Source: Nemertoderma westbladi
Lineage: Eukaryota; Animalia; Xenacoelomorpha
Reading direction: 5' to 3'
NCBI GenBank assembly: GCA_032718475.1
Contig: JAUCBJ010005882.1
Coordinates: 11,281-75,280 of the forward strand
DNA: 64,000 bases
The notes beneath the pieces are model-generated. The model searched no databases. It was not told the origin of the DNA and saw only the letters and a list, made by a program, of their open reading frames with translations. This document shows, piece after piece, positions 10,553 to 22,468 of the stretch. The position numbers were made by a program, and so were the translations under genes. Position 1 is the stretch's first letter. The number at the start of each line of letters is the position of its first letter.

Positions 10553-13500
10553 GATTACAGACCGGGAGAATAAACCTCTATAGGGAAATAAAGTGGAGTT
10601 AGTGAAGGTAGGTGAGGCTGGCTGGGCCTGGATTACAGATCGGGCGAATAAACCTCAATATGGAAATAAAGTGGAGTTAGTGAAGGTAGGCGAGACTGAC
10701 TGGGCCTGGATTACAGAGCGGGCGAATAAACCTCTACAGGGAAATAAAGTGGAGTTAGTGAAGGTAGGTGAGGCTGGCTGGGCCTGGATTACAGATCGGG
10801 CGAATAAACCTCTATAGGGAAATAAAGTGGAGTTAGTGAAGGTAGGTGAGGCTGACTGGGCCTGGATTACAGATCGGGCGAATAAACCTCTATAGGGAAA
10901 TAAAGTGGAGTTAGTGAAGGTAGGTGAGGCTGACTGGGCCTGGATTACAGATCGGGCGAATAAACCTCTATAGGGAAATAAAGTGGAGTTAGTGAAGGTA
11001 GGTGAGGCTGACTGGGCCTGGATTACAGATCGGGCGAATAAACCTCTATAGGGAAATAAAGTGGAGTTAGTGAAGGTAGGTGAGGCTGGCTGGGCCTGGA
11101 TTACAGATCGGGCGAATAAACCTCTATAGGGAAATAAAGTGGAGTTAGTGAAGGTAGGTGAGGCTGGCTGGGCCTGGATTACAGATCGGGCGAATAAACC
11201 TCTATAGGGAAATAAAGTGGAGTTAGTGAAGGTAGGTGAGACTGGCTGGGCCTGGATTACAGATCGGGCGAATAAACCTCTATAGGGAAATAAAGTGGAG
11301 TTAGTGAAGGTGGGTGAGGCTGGCTGGGCCTGGATTACAGATCGGGCGAATAAACCTCTATAGGGAAATAAAGTGGAGTTAGTGAAGGTAGGTGAGACTG
11401 GCTGGGCCTGGATTACAGATCGGGCGAATAAACCTCTATAAGGAAATAAAGTGGAGTTAGTGAAGGTAGGTGAGGCTGGCTGGGCCTGGATTACAGATCG
11501 GGCGAATAAACCTCTATAGGGAAATAAAGTGGAGTTAGTGAAGGTAGGTGAGACTGGCTGGGCCTGGATTACAGATCGGGCGAATAAACCTCTATAGGGA
11601 AATAAAGTGGAGTTAGTGAAGGTAGGTGAGGCTGGCTGGGCCTGGATTACAGACCGGGAGAATAAACCTCTACAGGGAAATAAAGTAGAGTTAGTGAAGG
11701 TAGGTGAGGCTGACTGGGCCTGGATTACAGACCGGGAGAATAAACCTCTATAGGGAAATAAAGTGGAGTTAGTGAAGGTAGGTGAGCCTGACTGGGCCTG
11801 GATTACAGACCGGGAGAATAAACCTCTATAGGGAAATAAAGTAGTGTTAGTGAAGGTAGGTGAGGCTGACTGCGCCTGGATTACAGACCGGGAGAATAAA
11901 CCTCTATAGGGAAATAAAGTGGAGTTAGTGAAGGTAGGTGAGGCTGACTGGGCCTGGATTACAGATCGGGCGAATAAACCTCTACAGGGAAACAAAGTGG
12001 AGTTAGTGAAGGTAGGTGAGGCTGACTGGGCCTGGATTACAGACCGGGAGAATAAACCTCTATAGGGAAATAAAGTGGAGTTAGTGAAGGTAGGTGAGGC
12101 TGACTGGGCCTGGATTACAGATCGGGCGAATAAACCTCTACAGGGAAACAAAGTGGAGTTAGTGAAGGTAGGTGAGGCTGACTGGGCCTGGATTACAGAG
12201 CGGGCGAATAAACCTCTACAGGGAAACAAAGTGGAGTTAGTGAAGGTAGGTGAGGCTGACTGGGCCTGGATTACAGACCGGGAGAATAAACCTCTACAGG
12301 GAAATAAAGTAGAGTTAGTGAAGGTAGGTGAGGCTGACTGGGCCTGGATTACAGAGCGGGCGAATAAACCTCTATAGGGAAATAAAGTGGAGTTAGTGAA
12401 GGTAGGTGAGCCTGACTGGGCCTGGATTACAGACCGGGAGAATAAACCTCTATAGGGAAATAAAGTAGTGTTAGTGAAGGTAGGTGAGGCTGACTGCGCC
12501 TGGATTACAGACCGGGAGAATAAACCTCTACAGGGAAACAAAGTGGAGTTAGTGAAGGTAGGTGAGGCTGACTGGGCCTGGATTACAGATCGGGCGAATA
12601 AACCTCTACAGGGAAACAAAGTGGAGTTAGTGAAGGTAGGTGAGGCTGACTGGGCCTGGATTACAGACCGGGAGAATAAACCTCTACAGGGAAATAAAGT
12701 AGAGTTAGTGAAGGTAGGTGAGGCTGACTGGGCCTGGATTACAGAGCGGGCGAATAAACCTCTATAGGGAAATAAAGTGGAGTTAGTGAAGGTAGGTGAG
12801 GCTGACTGGGCCTGGATTACAGAGCGGGCGAATAAACCTCTATAGGGAAATAAAGTGAGTTAGAGAAGGTAGGTGAGGCTGGCTGGGCCTGGATTACAGA
12901 CCGGGAGAATAAACCTCTATATAGGGAAATAAAGTGAGTTAGAGAAGGTAGGTGAAGCTGACTGGGCCTGGATTACAGACCGGGAGAATAAACCTCTATA
13001 GGGAAACAAAGTGGAGTTAGTGAAGGTAGGTGAGGCTGACTGGGCCTGGATTACAGACCGGGAGAATAAACCTCTATAGGGAAATAAAGTGGAGTTAGTG
13101 AAGGTAGGTGAGACAGACTGGGCATGGATTATAGAGCGGGAGAATAAACCTCTATAGGGAAATAAAGTGGAGTTAGTGAAGGTAGGTGAGGCTGACTGCG
13201 AGCCTGGATTACAGAGCGGGCGAATAAACCTCTATAGGGAAATAAAGTAGAGTTAGTGAAGGTAGGCGAGACAGACTGGGCATGGATTACAGACCGGGAG
13301 AATAAACCTCTATAGGGAAATAAAGTGGAGTTAGTGAAGGTAGGTGAGGCTGACTGCGAGCCTGGATTACAGAGCGGGCGAATAAACCTCTATAGGGAAA
13401 TAAAGTGGAGTTAGAGAAGGTAGATGAGGCTGACTGCGAGCCTGGATTACAGAGCGGGCGAATAAACCTCTATAGGGAAATAAAGTGGAGTTAGTGAAGG

Positions 13501-14420
13501 TAGGTGAGGCTGACTGGGCCTGGATTACAGACCGGGAGAATAAACCTCTATAGGGAAATAAAGTGGAGTTAGTGAAGGTAGGTGAGGCTGACTGGGCCTG
13601 GATTACAGAGCGGGCGAATAAACTTCTATAGGGAAATAAAGTGGAGTTAGTGAAGGTAGGTGAGGCTGACTGGGCCTGGATTACAGACCGGGAGAATAAA
13701 CCTCTATAGGGAAATAAAGTAGAGTTAGTGAAGGTAGGCGAGACAGACTGGGCATGGATTACAGACCGGGAGAATAAACCTCTATAGGGAAATAAAGTGG
13801 AGTTAGTGAAGGTAGGTGAGGCTGACTGCGAGCCTGGATTACAGAGCGGGCGAATAAACCTCTATAGGGAAATAAAGTGGAGTTAGAGAAGGTAGATGAG
13901 GCTGACTGCGAGCCTGGATTACAGAGCGGGCGAATAAACCTCTATAGGGAAATAAAGTGGAGTTAGTGAAGGTAGGTGAGGCTGACTGGGCCTGGATTAC
14001 AGACCGGGAGAATAAACCTCTACAGGGAAATAAAGTAGAGTTAGTGAAGGTAGGTGAGGCTGACTGGGCCTGGATTACAGACCGGGAGAATAAACCTCTA
14101 TAGGGAAATAAAGTGGAGTTAGTGAAGGTAGGTGAGGCTGACTGGGCCTGGATTACAGACCGGGAGAATAAACCTCTACAGGGAAATAAAGTAGAGTTAG
14201 TGAAGGTAGGTGAGGCTGACTGGGCCTGGATTACAGACCGGGAGAATAAACCTCTATAGGGAAATAAAGTGGAGTTAGTGAAGGTAGGTGAGGCTGACTG
14301 GGCCTGGATTACAGACCGGGAGAATAAACCTCTATAGGGAAATAAAGTGGAGTTAGTGAAGGTAGGCGAGACAGACTGGGACTGGATCAAAGACCGGATC
14401 AAGTCAATCCCTGGGGAATT
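10553..14420 (-). repeat. 78-bp tandem repeat, distal block (about 49 units)
   Basis: Same unit as 5285-5712, near-identical copies. The outermost copy (about 14352-14420) is diverged and is preceded by unique intronic sequence ttatttaattccccag. Confidence 0.97.
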
Positions 14421-14567
14421 AAATAAGATAATATTAAAAGCATATAAACTATTTAGAAATTAAATAGAACTCTTGAAATTCCAAATAGTAACTGCCAAGA
14501 ATAGACAATTTTTAAATGTCAGTTTAAAATAATATAAAAAAAAATAATTATATATAAATAAACTCAC

Positions 14568-14696
14568 CTGCCACGGATAATGTTCTCTTGAAACAGTTCC
14601 TTAACGATCTCAATAATATTAGATATATTGATTTTGTTAATTAAACCGTGGATAGATTTACGGAGGGCCTCCCACGACAGGCGCTGGTACAAAGCG
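14568..14696 (-). CDS. CWC22: CWC22 exon 3 (start of MIF4G domain)
   Basis: ttttcag acceptor and AG|gtgag donor. Encodes [43 protein letters not shown]. Confidence 0.95.
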
Positions 14697-15084
14697 CTGA
14701 AAATAGATATTATATTATATTAATATAGAATACTTGCCAAAACCACCAATCCATATATAATAGCCTCAATATAATGGACGAGTTGTTAAGAAGTCCCTTA
14801 AAATCAAGCGGGCACTTAATTTAAGTTGATTCAAAGGGACTTCTAGAATATCATATAACATGACAAAAACTTCCTCTTATAATTGGAATTCCAGAATACC
14901 TCCTTAATAATACTCATTAAGTTAATGGAGCTATTAACATAGTTGAATTTAATTATTTTACCAGTGTCCCATTGTATGTACTGTCCAGTGTCCATTAGTT
15001 GATTTGGAGGCCGGAAAACAGATAGATATAAGGAAATGAATAACATGTGCGAATATCCTGAACTTCATTGTTTAAAAAACTAAC

Positions 15085-15130
15085 CAGCAAACGTTTCGAG
15101 TACAAAACTGTATTCATCATCAGAGCAACA
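15085..15130 (-). ncRNA. Minimal type I hammerhead ribozyme-like motif
   Basis: CTGATGA-T-GAATACA-GTTT-TGTACTC-GAAAC-GTT-TGC. The second copy at 16482-16526 (+) has a mutated core, CTCATGA. Confidence 0.55.
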
Positions 15131-15210
15131 CACATAAATGCAGAAACTAATAATCATAATCATAAACAAAAAACTAAATACTAACATCAGGCAAAAATTA
15201 CTAAATAGAA

Positions 15211-16247
15211 GCAGAGGCAGTTAAGTTAGCAGCTGCAGAAACAGTTCCTGTATACCCTCGAAACAGGAAACGGGCCCCCTGGATTGACAACAAAATTCAG
15301 AAGTGTCGAAATGACCTCTACAAGGCGCAGAAAGAGTCCCGACTCAAACAGACTACAGCGGCCAAGAATGCAGTTAAGGCTGCATCCTAGGTCCCTGAAC
15401 AGGCAGTACTCTGTTAATTTACAGGAGCTAATAAACTAACAGGTTGATGCCATCAATGATGCTGACGACAGCAGGCAATCATCCCAGGCATGGAGATCGA
15501 TCAACTTGGTTGCTGGTCGAAAAAGCCAACCAACCACCAAGGTTAAGGCTGAATCACCAGCCGATCGCCTCAATGGTTGGAAGGCCCACTTTGAAAAGCT
15601 CCTCAATAGTGACCGGGTATTGCCTGATAACTTTATAGAAGTAAAAGGATCATGGATCGGGAAGTCAGATGAGGACCTTCGAATACGTAAGGGAAAGGCA
15701 TGGGCAGCCTTGAATAGGCTTTCCAGGATTTGGAAGTCACCGAGAATTAATCGGAAACTTAAGGTCCGATTATTTAGAGCAGCAGTAGTTCCAGTACTCC
15801 TCTATGGGAGTCCATGCTGGGCTCTAACTGCTGAGGACACCAAATCTCTGGATGGCACATTCACAAGAATGCTACGCCGAGTTCATTGTGTCAAGTACAA
15901 TGCACAGCACACATCTTCAACCAGACACTATATAACATTGGAGGTGTCTCATTGGTTCCCCCAAGCTTGACACTAGAACAAAATCGCCTCCGCTTTGCAG
16001 GACATTGCTTTCGCCGTGAGGACCAGCCAGTGCATAATCTTGTACTTTGGCAGCCTCATGGAGTGAATAAGCATGGTGGACAGCCCATGACTTTCTTGAG
16101 ACGCATCTTAAAGGACACTGGCCTTGAAGATGCGGATGATCTAGCAAATGTCATGGGTGATAAGGAGTTGTGGCGGTGCAATTTTACGATAAGCCGGCAC
16201 AGCATTCTTAAAAATGCAGCTGCAATGCAGCATGCCGATCCTAGTAG
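15211..16247 (+). mobile_element. RTE-clade LINE derivative lacking the RT core
   Basis: 12-bp TSD TACTAAATAGAA (15199-15210, 16248-16259) and a (TAG)n tail. Post-RT peptide KVRLFRAAVVPVLLYGSPCWALT...RLRFAGHCFR is fused directly to the pre-RT linker WKAHFEKLLN. Confidence 0.88.
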
Positions 16248-16910
16248 TACTAAATAGAATGAATAGCCCAAACGGATAGTAGGGCAGTCTACCCAGAAAA
16301 TAAGGCTAGTTTTATGGAGCTAAAACTAATCTGTTTTGTTTATTATGGGTAGGTTGGATGTCTCGAATGAAAAGGGACCCTGTAATGGCTGTATCAAAAT
16401 TGTAATTAGCTGAACCAATAATCGAACAATTAACGATTGTACACATCGCATGCAATATATTAGTTTCTGCATTTATGTGTGTTGCACTCATGATGAATAC
16501 AGTTTTGTACTCGAAACGTTTGTTGGTTAGTTTTATTAAACAATGAGTTTTAGGATATTCGCGCATGTTAATCTTTTCCTTATACTGTCCATTGCATCTG
16601 CCACTGAAATATGCGAGCGTCTAAATATTTTCTAACCAAAACAATAAACCAAATAGGAGAACGCATGTTATATTATAGCAATGTTAAAGGAACAAGAACT
16701 AATGCCTATACTAGTGCTATATGCTAAACTAATGCCTATACTAATGCCTATACCCAAGAAAAAACGAAACGCAAACTGGAAATAAACAATTGTGCATTAA
16801 AATATCCTGGTACAAATATATAAATACACAATCCACAAAGATGCCGGTATTGTAAATTTATATAATATAGAGCACTACATACTACAGTAGGCCTACTATA
16901 CAACACAAAC

Positions 16911-17282
16911 CTGGACTTGTCGGACGCATCTGTTTGCAGAGCCCGTAGACGATGGGGCGGGATATAGGCGCCGCCAATGAGGCCAGACAGAGTCTCTGAG
17001 CTCGGTGTGGGTCGGGCTGCCGTAACAGACGAGGTGGCAGCAGTCTGTCCACTGGGACCAGAACCAGAAGCAGCTATGGGATCTGGAACATTTTCTCTAG
17101 GGAGGCTTACATTAGATAGTCCTTTGACCTCTTCACTTGCCTCCCCTGTTTTAGACATCATCGTTGATTGATCTTCGACTGCATCGCCGACTTCCGAACC
17201 TTTACTTCCGATTTCCCCATCTTCTGGTTCAGATGAATGTTCCGAAACAGATTGTTCGGCCATAGAACTGGCACTGGAAGAG
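16911..17282 (-). CDS. CWC22: CWC22 exon 2
   Basis: tttag acceptor and AG|gtttgt donor. Encodes ...IGGAYIPPHRLRALQTDASDKS, matching the conserved CWC22 motif GGAYIPP.(K/R)LR...TDK. Confidence 0.9.
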
Positions 17283-17535
17283 CTAAAGATAAATAAACAC
17301 GGGTGTAGAAAGATAATATTATGGAGTAATCGTAATGTTAATACATCGGTGTCACAATGGAGAATGGCTGTAAGGGCAGAAGGGTAAGGGCCAACTTGAT
17401 CGGCTACCGCTACCTGGCTACGCTAACTACAGACAACTTCTTGCATTGATTGCTATAGCTCCGCATTTTTGTGTTTTAGACATGATCTATGTTGTACCGC
17501 TATCGTCAGATCGTGGCTCTATCACAGTCTGACAG

Positions 17536-18440
17536 CCAGGTTGGAATTCATGCATGAGCGCGCAGGTACGCTTTGTTGTTTTGAAATCACCGCGCACCTG
17601 AAATTGGCTCGTCGCGCACCTCATCATGTCATAATCCAAACAAAATCGCGCAGCTCATGTCATGCATATCTCAAAAAATCGCACAGTTCATAAGAACAAT
17701 TTTACATTCCTATTTTACAAGTTTGAGCGTTTTAAGCTTATCTTTACGTCTGTCTGTCTGTACGTTGAATCTAGGCTTACATAATAAATGTAATTTTTGC
17801 AACATCAAAATTGTTAATATTAAAAAATATTTTTTTAATCCACTACTACAGTATGGTGGCCCATCGGGCTCACTGCTTTTATAACAGAAAATATTATTTT
17901 AGATTACAAACAAAACATGTACCGGTAATTTCAAAAAAACGAATATTGAAATAGGTACCAGTCTGCCAATAATACTTTGTATAGGCCTACCTAACAATTA
18001 GGCTTAAACATACAGTTGGCTTATAATTAAGTCATACTTATAATACATTGTTACTTTCTGACTTTACCTGTTTACTAACGTAACATCGGCATAGCATAGA
18101 CCTAATAACAATACAACAATAGAGTACTGTAGTTAAAATAAATAGACAAATTCAGCTCCGGTTGCCGGTATTACAGTATTATGGTGAAGTGATTTGACTG
18201 TTTGAAGAATTGGAAATGAGAAAATAATGCGAGCGCAGCGAGCGAAATTTTTTTGTGTATTTTCGTGATTTCAATTAATTTGTGGTGCGCATCAGAGGCA
18301 GAGCTGCGCGCTGAGGCGCAACGCGCACCTGTCTCACACCCGAACGCGCACCTGTCTCACCCAAACGCGCAACGCGCATCTGGTTTGCGGTCATTCGCGC
18401 AGGTACGCGTCCGAGTTTTGCAGCATGAATTCCAACCTGG
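17536..18440. mobile_element. Non-autonomous hAT-like TIR element in CWC22 intron 1
   Basis: 18-bp TIR CCAGGTTGGAATTCATGC, exact 8-bp TSD TCTGACAG, subterminal CGCGCA repeats. Confidence 0.85.
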
Positions 18441-18708
18441 TCTGACAGTACAGGCGAGGCTGCGAGGCGCACTTTTTATTTTATATGGAAATCATACAGA
18501 GTTTTTTACTTGTCTGACTTGGGTTTACTTAGGAGGCCTAACTGCCTAACTGGCCTAATGTATTAATGGGATGTTTTACATGTACAGAGTACCGGTACAG
18601 ACTGCAGACTGGGATATTGGTTTGTTTACAGCAGTAGGCCTATCTGCCTATAACCAATAACCAGCATATTACTGTATCAACTGCTGAACTGATTAATTAA
18701 TAACAAAC

Positions 18709-18896
18709 TATTTAGGAATGACATGTTGGTATCCAATTTTATCCTCATCTGAATCATCCTCTGCAGAACAATGTTTCCGTTTGTTCGAAAATTTTGAATC
18801 CGCCCCACGTCCACCATCAGGTAGTTGTCTCTTCAAACCTTGAGATAATGTATTCCCATTGCTGGAAGGATAATTTTCATCCGCGGATCCAGGCAT
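18709..18896 (-). CDS. CWC22: CWC22 probable first coding exon (low-complexity N-terminus)
   Basis: ATG at 18896 (MPGSADENY...HVIPK). The exon ends TA|gtttgt. This phase-2 junction joins the phase-matched acceptor at 17283 to give TAC and an open frame into exon 2. The donor is the same gtttgt type as exon 2's. Confidence 0.6.
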
Positions 18897-21800
18897 GATC
18901 TTATGTTGATGATAGGCCTATTACCTTATTACAGTATTACTGCTGAGGCTGCTGCAGTCTGGCAGTGCTCAGTGCTGCTGTACTGTGCAGCTGTGCACTG
19001 TCTGATTGTCAGACTCTACCAGTCTACCAGACTGCCGGGTATAACTTTTGCGTAGAGGTATAGCCTACATAGAGGCTACATGTAGGTATGTGTAGCCTAC
19101 ATGTAGATGCACGTGTAGGGTGAATGTAGGTAGGTGTAGGTAGGTCTTTAAAAACAACAATGGTGAATGAATAGGCTTACACGGGGTACCCGGACCGGAA
19201 CTTCCTCGATGAGATGCGAATACGGCGAACGGGGGTGGTACCCGGAACAACCACGAAGAGATGCGCATATGGCGGGCGGTGGTATCCGAAACAACCAGGA
19301 GGAGATGCGAATACGTCGAATGGGGGTCCCCTGAATACCCACGAGACGGAGCCTATCAATACTACAGTACTGACAAAGGAAAAAACGACTGAACGATATA
19401 CCGATACATACTGTAGATCTTATGATCCTGCGGGTTCAGGCATGGAGGCTAATAACTTTGTATGGGACGAACGGCCCGAACCTGATGTTTCCAGTCAAGG
19501 AGGAATCGACTAACGGTTAGGGTTATTAGAGCTCGTCGTCGGTGTCCATGAGGGTCTGAGGATGAGTGGGTGATTCAATAAAACGCTAACAATGATACCG
19601 GACTGACTGATTGAACCAGAGTGGCGATGGTAGTCGCTGATGTATATACAGTATATTATATATATCATGTATTGATTGTTAGTAGATATTTTTTTATAAT
19701 ATTTGTTTATTAAATTGTCTTCAATGTCTATATTGATAATATTGTGTGCTGATTTTACTTATTTTCCATTTTATAAATCTTGCTGTGGCCGTTTTAATCT
19801 ACTATAAACTGCCGTATCAATTTCATGATATTTTAATGGATATGCAATTTAACTTCTTCTTTCTATTAACTTTCAATGCAATCAAATATAACTGTAAAGC
19901 TATTGACTTTCGTGTTATTGTTTTGCTGTTACTTCGAGATGGGATTTGAATCCCATCTGATTACTGATTAATTCCCATCATCGAGATGGGAATACTTTAT
20001 AATGAAACAGTGTGGTGGTCCGCGGGATAGTGGGAAGGGATGGGACTGTTGCTGGAATGTGACAGCCTGAAAAATTAAAACAAACAAAACTTCCAGACTT
20101 CTATATTTTTACTTTCAAAACAAAACGCCCAAAACATTTCAATGCTGAAAGTCCCATGGATGTATGGTTGATAAACAGATAAAGAGGGGCAGAGGGGGTC
20201 AGGGTTTCTGGTAGACTATAGTCCCCGCGATGATGGCTGTTTGTTTTAGGTTACTCTTACTCAATAAACATATAAATCAGAACGAGTTAATCTAATGGAA
20301 CGATGCCTTTCGTGGCGTTAGCATACTCAAATTTATTAGGGCCTAATATTTATGACGAGTAAGGGACTTTCAGTCTGGTTCCCGGCTTAATTTGACATTA
20401 TGTCAAATTTGACATGTGGCATGTCAAATTTGTCACTAATGTCAAAATTGCCATTTCGTTGTTTAAATTCTATCTATAGGCATACCGGTAGTTAAAAGAC
20501 AGATGGAGGCAAATACGGGTAGTTGGTAGTTGATAGTCATTACTGACTTAAATAGTTAAACAAATAGTTAATAATACGGTACTTTCTTTCGTTGTATTCA
20601 GTAAAAATATAATCAGGCAAGGTACGTGTAGGAGCAATCCCTCTGTGAGCAAGTCGAGTTCGATGGAAATGCTACATATGACATACTGACATATGCCTGC
20701 CTATCCCAAAAACAAGAACTAGTCGATTTGTACTTCCAAATCCAACAAGATATGAGCAATAGGTACCATAAAAGAGGAGCCTGAAACTGATGAATAGTCT
20801 GTTCTGAATCATTCATTTCATACCATTCAGCCATTAGAATAGGCCTATATATTATATTGCACTAGTCCTAATCTTTTGTGGTTCATAAATTGTATTGATA
20901 TTGAGTTCCGAAATTGCTGGGGACTGGCTGACTGGACGCAATAAAGTTGCATCCCTCTCCAGCTCCAGGGGAAATTGGACACAATTAACAGTTGCTTACT
21001 CTCAAAAATTAAACTGTAGCCTTTCTCTATTTCGTTCTATTGTGTTTAGTTTATTGTTTTGGTTAAAATAATGTGCCTTTGTAACTTGCTCCTTTCCAGA
21101 AGGAATCCGTAATTAAATATCCCATTTTTCATTTCATCAGTTGTCCAGTTTAAAATATAAAGCTATACCTAGGGTTCAACAGAAGGCACTTTATGGGGCC
21201 GAACCGATCCGAAGCAGGGTCAACTTCGGGCCGAACCAAATCCGAACCGAAGTTCAGAAAGTTAGCAAGTTATGGTCATAAATTCGCATTTACGTTACTG
21301 TACTGGCTGGCTGGCAGTGGCAGACTGGTTAAATTTGTACACTACCTGACTACCCGGTCTGCCGGTTAAAAAGTACGCATGTGATGGGATTAGTCCTACT
21401 GCCTACAATCAGTCGGTGAGAAGTCAAAAATTGGACTTCAAGTCCAATTTTAGACTTCAAGTCCAATTTTGGACTCCAAAGTCCAATATTGGACTTTAGT
21501 ACAACTCCAAGTGTACCCATGCTGCCATACTGTATATCGGTATTTAAATCAAAACTGCATCCCGTATCAGTACATATATATTACATAATTACAATGCAAC
21601 ATTATTTTAATGATCAAATTAATTATTATATGTATTACAAACAGGGATCGCACACGTCAGCACGTACAGTCAGACATCAGTAGTTACTTTTTGCGGTAGT
21701 GGTATAGCTTTGCGGTAGCCATGTAGCCTTACTGCCTTAGCGGTGTATGCCGCGGTAGCCTAGTTGAGTTATAGTTGTATAGTTAGTTCATTCATACCCA

Positions 21801-21906
21801 TACTGCCATACCTGTGGTATTTTCGTATGGCAAAAATAAGACTACTGTAAACTGTAACCTATTATGTTATTGAGTTTAATGTTTATTGACTAATTGTTTT
21901 GATTAG

Positions 21907-22331
21907 GTTCACTGTGTCAAGTACAATGCACACATCTCTGCATCTCCAACCAGACACTATATAACATTGGAGTTGGAGGTGTCTCATTCAGTCATTGGTT
22001 CCCCCAAGCTTGACACTAGAACAAAGCCGCTTCCGCTTTGCAGGACATCGCTTTAAGCCGTGAGGACCAGCCAGTGCACCTCATGGAGTGAATAAGCATG
22101 GTGGACAGCCCATGACCTTCTTGAGACGCATCTTTCTTTACTGTCTTAAAGGACACTGGCCTTGAAGATGCGGATGATCTAGCAAATGTCATGGGTGATA
22201 AGGCTGTAAGAGTGTAAGGGAGTTGTGGAGGCGCACTTTTGTCAACAAGCCGGCACAGCATTCTTAATACATAATAGGGCCTATATATATATAATGCAGC
22301 TGCAATGAATCATGCCGATTGTAGTAGTAGT
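21907..22331 (+). mobile_element. Degenerate 3' fragment of the same RTE family
   Basis: Colinear with 15880-16247, ends GTAGTAGTAG, and carries many small insertions. Confidence 0.85.
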
Positions 22332-22468
22332 ATGTGGTGAGGTTATAGGGCTCCTTCAATTGGTAAAGTCAAAAGTGGCCGTTTATTGTTTTAGTTAGAA
22401 AAGCCTGCCTCTGTAACCTGTTACTTTCCCTCAATAGGTTTATGATTATGACGTGTGTTACTTGTTAC

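Larger units (their letters stand above)
15041..16570 (-). mobile_element. Penelope-like element remnant with inverted pLTR, interrupted by an RTE
   Basis: About 110-bp inverted repeats (15041-15151, 16459-16570). Minus-strand peptide IIGSANYNFDTAITGSLFIRDIQPTHNKQ resembles the GIY-YIG C-terminal E.L.I....P.LN.Q motif. Both repeats contain a hammerhead-like motif. Confidence 0.7.

Noticed and set aside
10655-12619. 654-aa repetitive ORF (and the opposite-strand [12 protein letters not shown] ORFs) as a standalone gene
   Set aside because: It is the translation of the 78-bp array in the CWC22 exon-4 frame. It has no real ATG start and no unique sequence, and is relevant only as potential alternative exon extension.
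16748-16910. C-terminal part of the 171-aa ORF
   Set aside because: This is read-through into the intron. CWC22 homology stops at the AG|gtttgt donor at 16910.
19065-19513. GC-rich short ORFs upstream of CWC22
   Set aside because: They derive from an internally repeated (GAGATGCGAATACG) small element and show no recognisable protein features.
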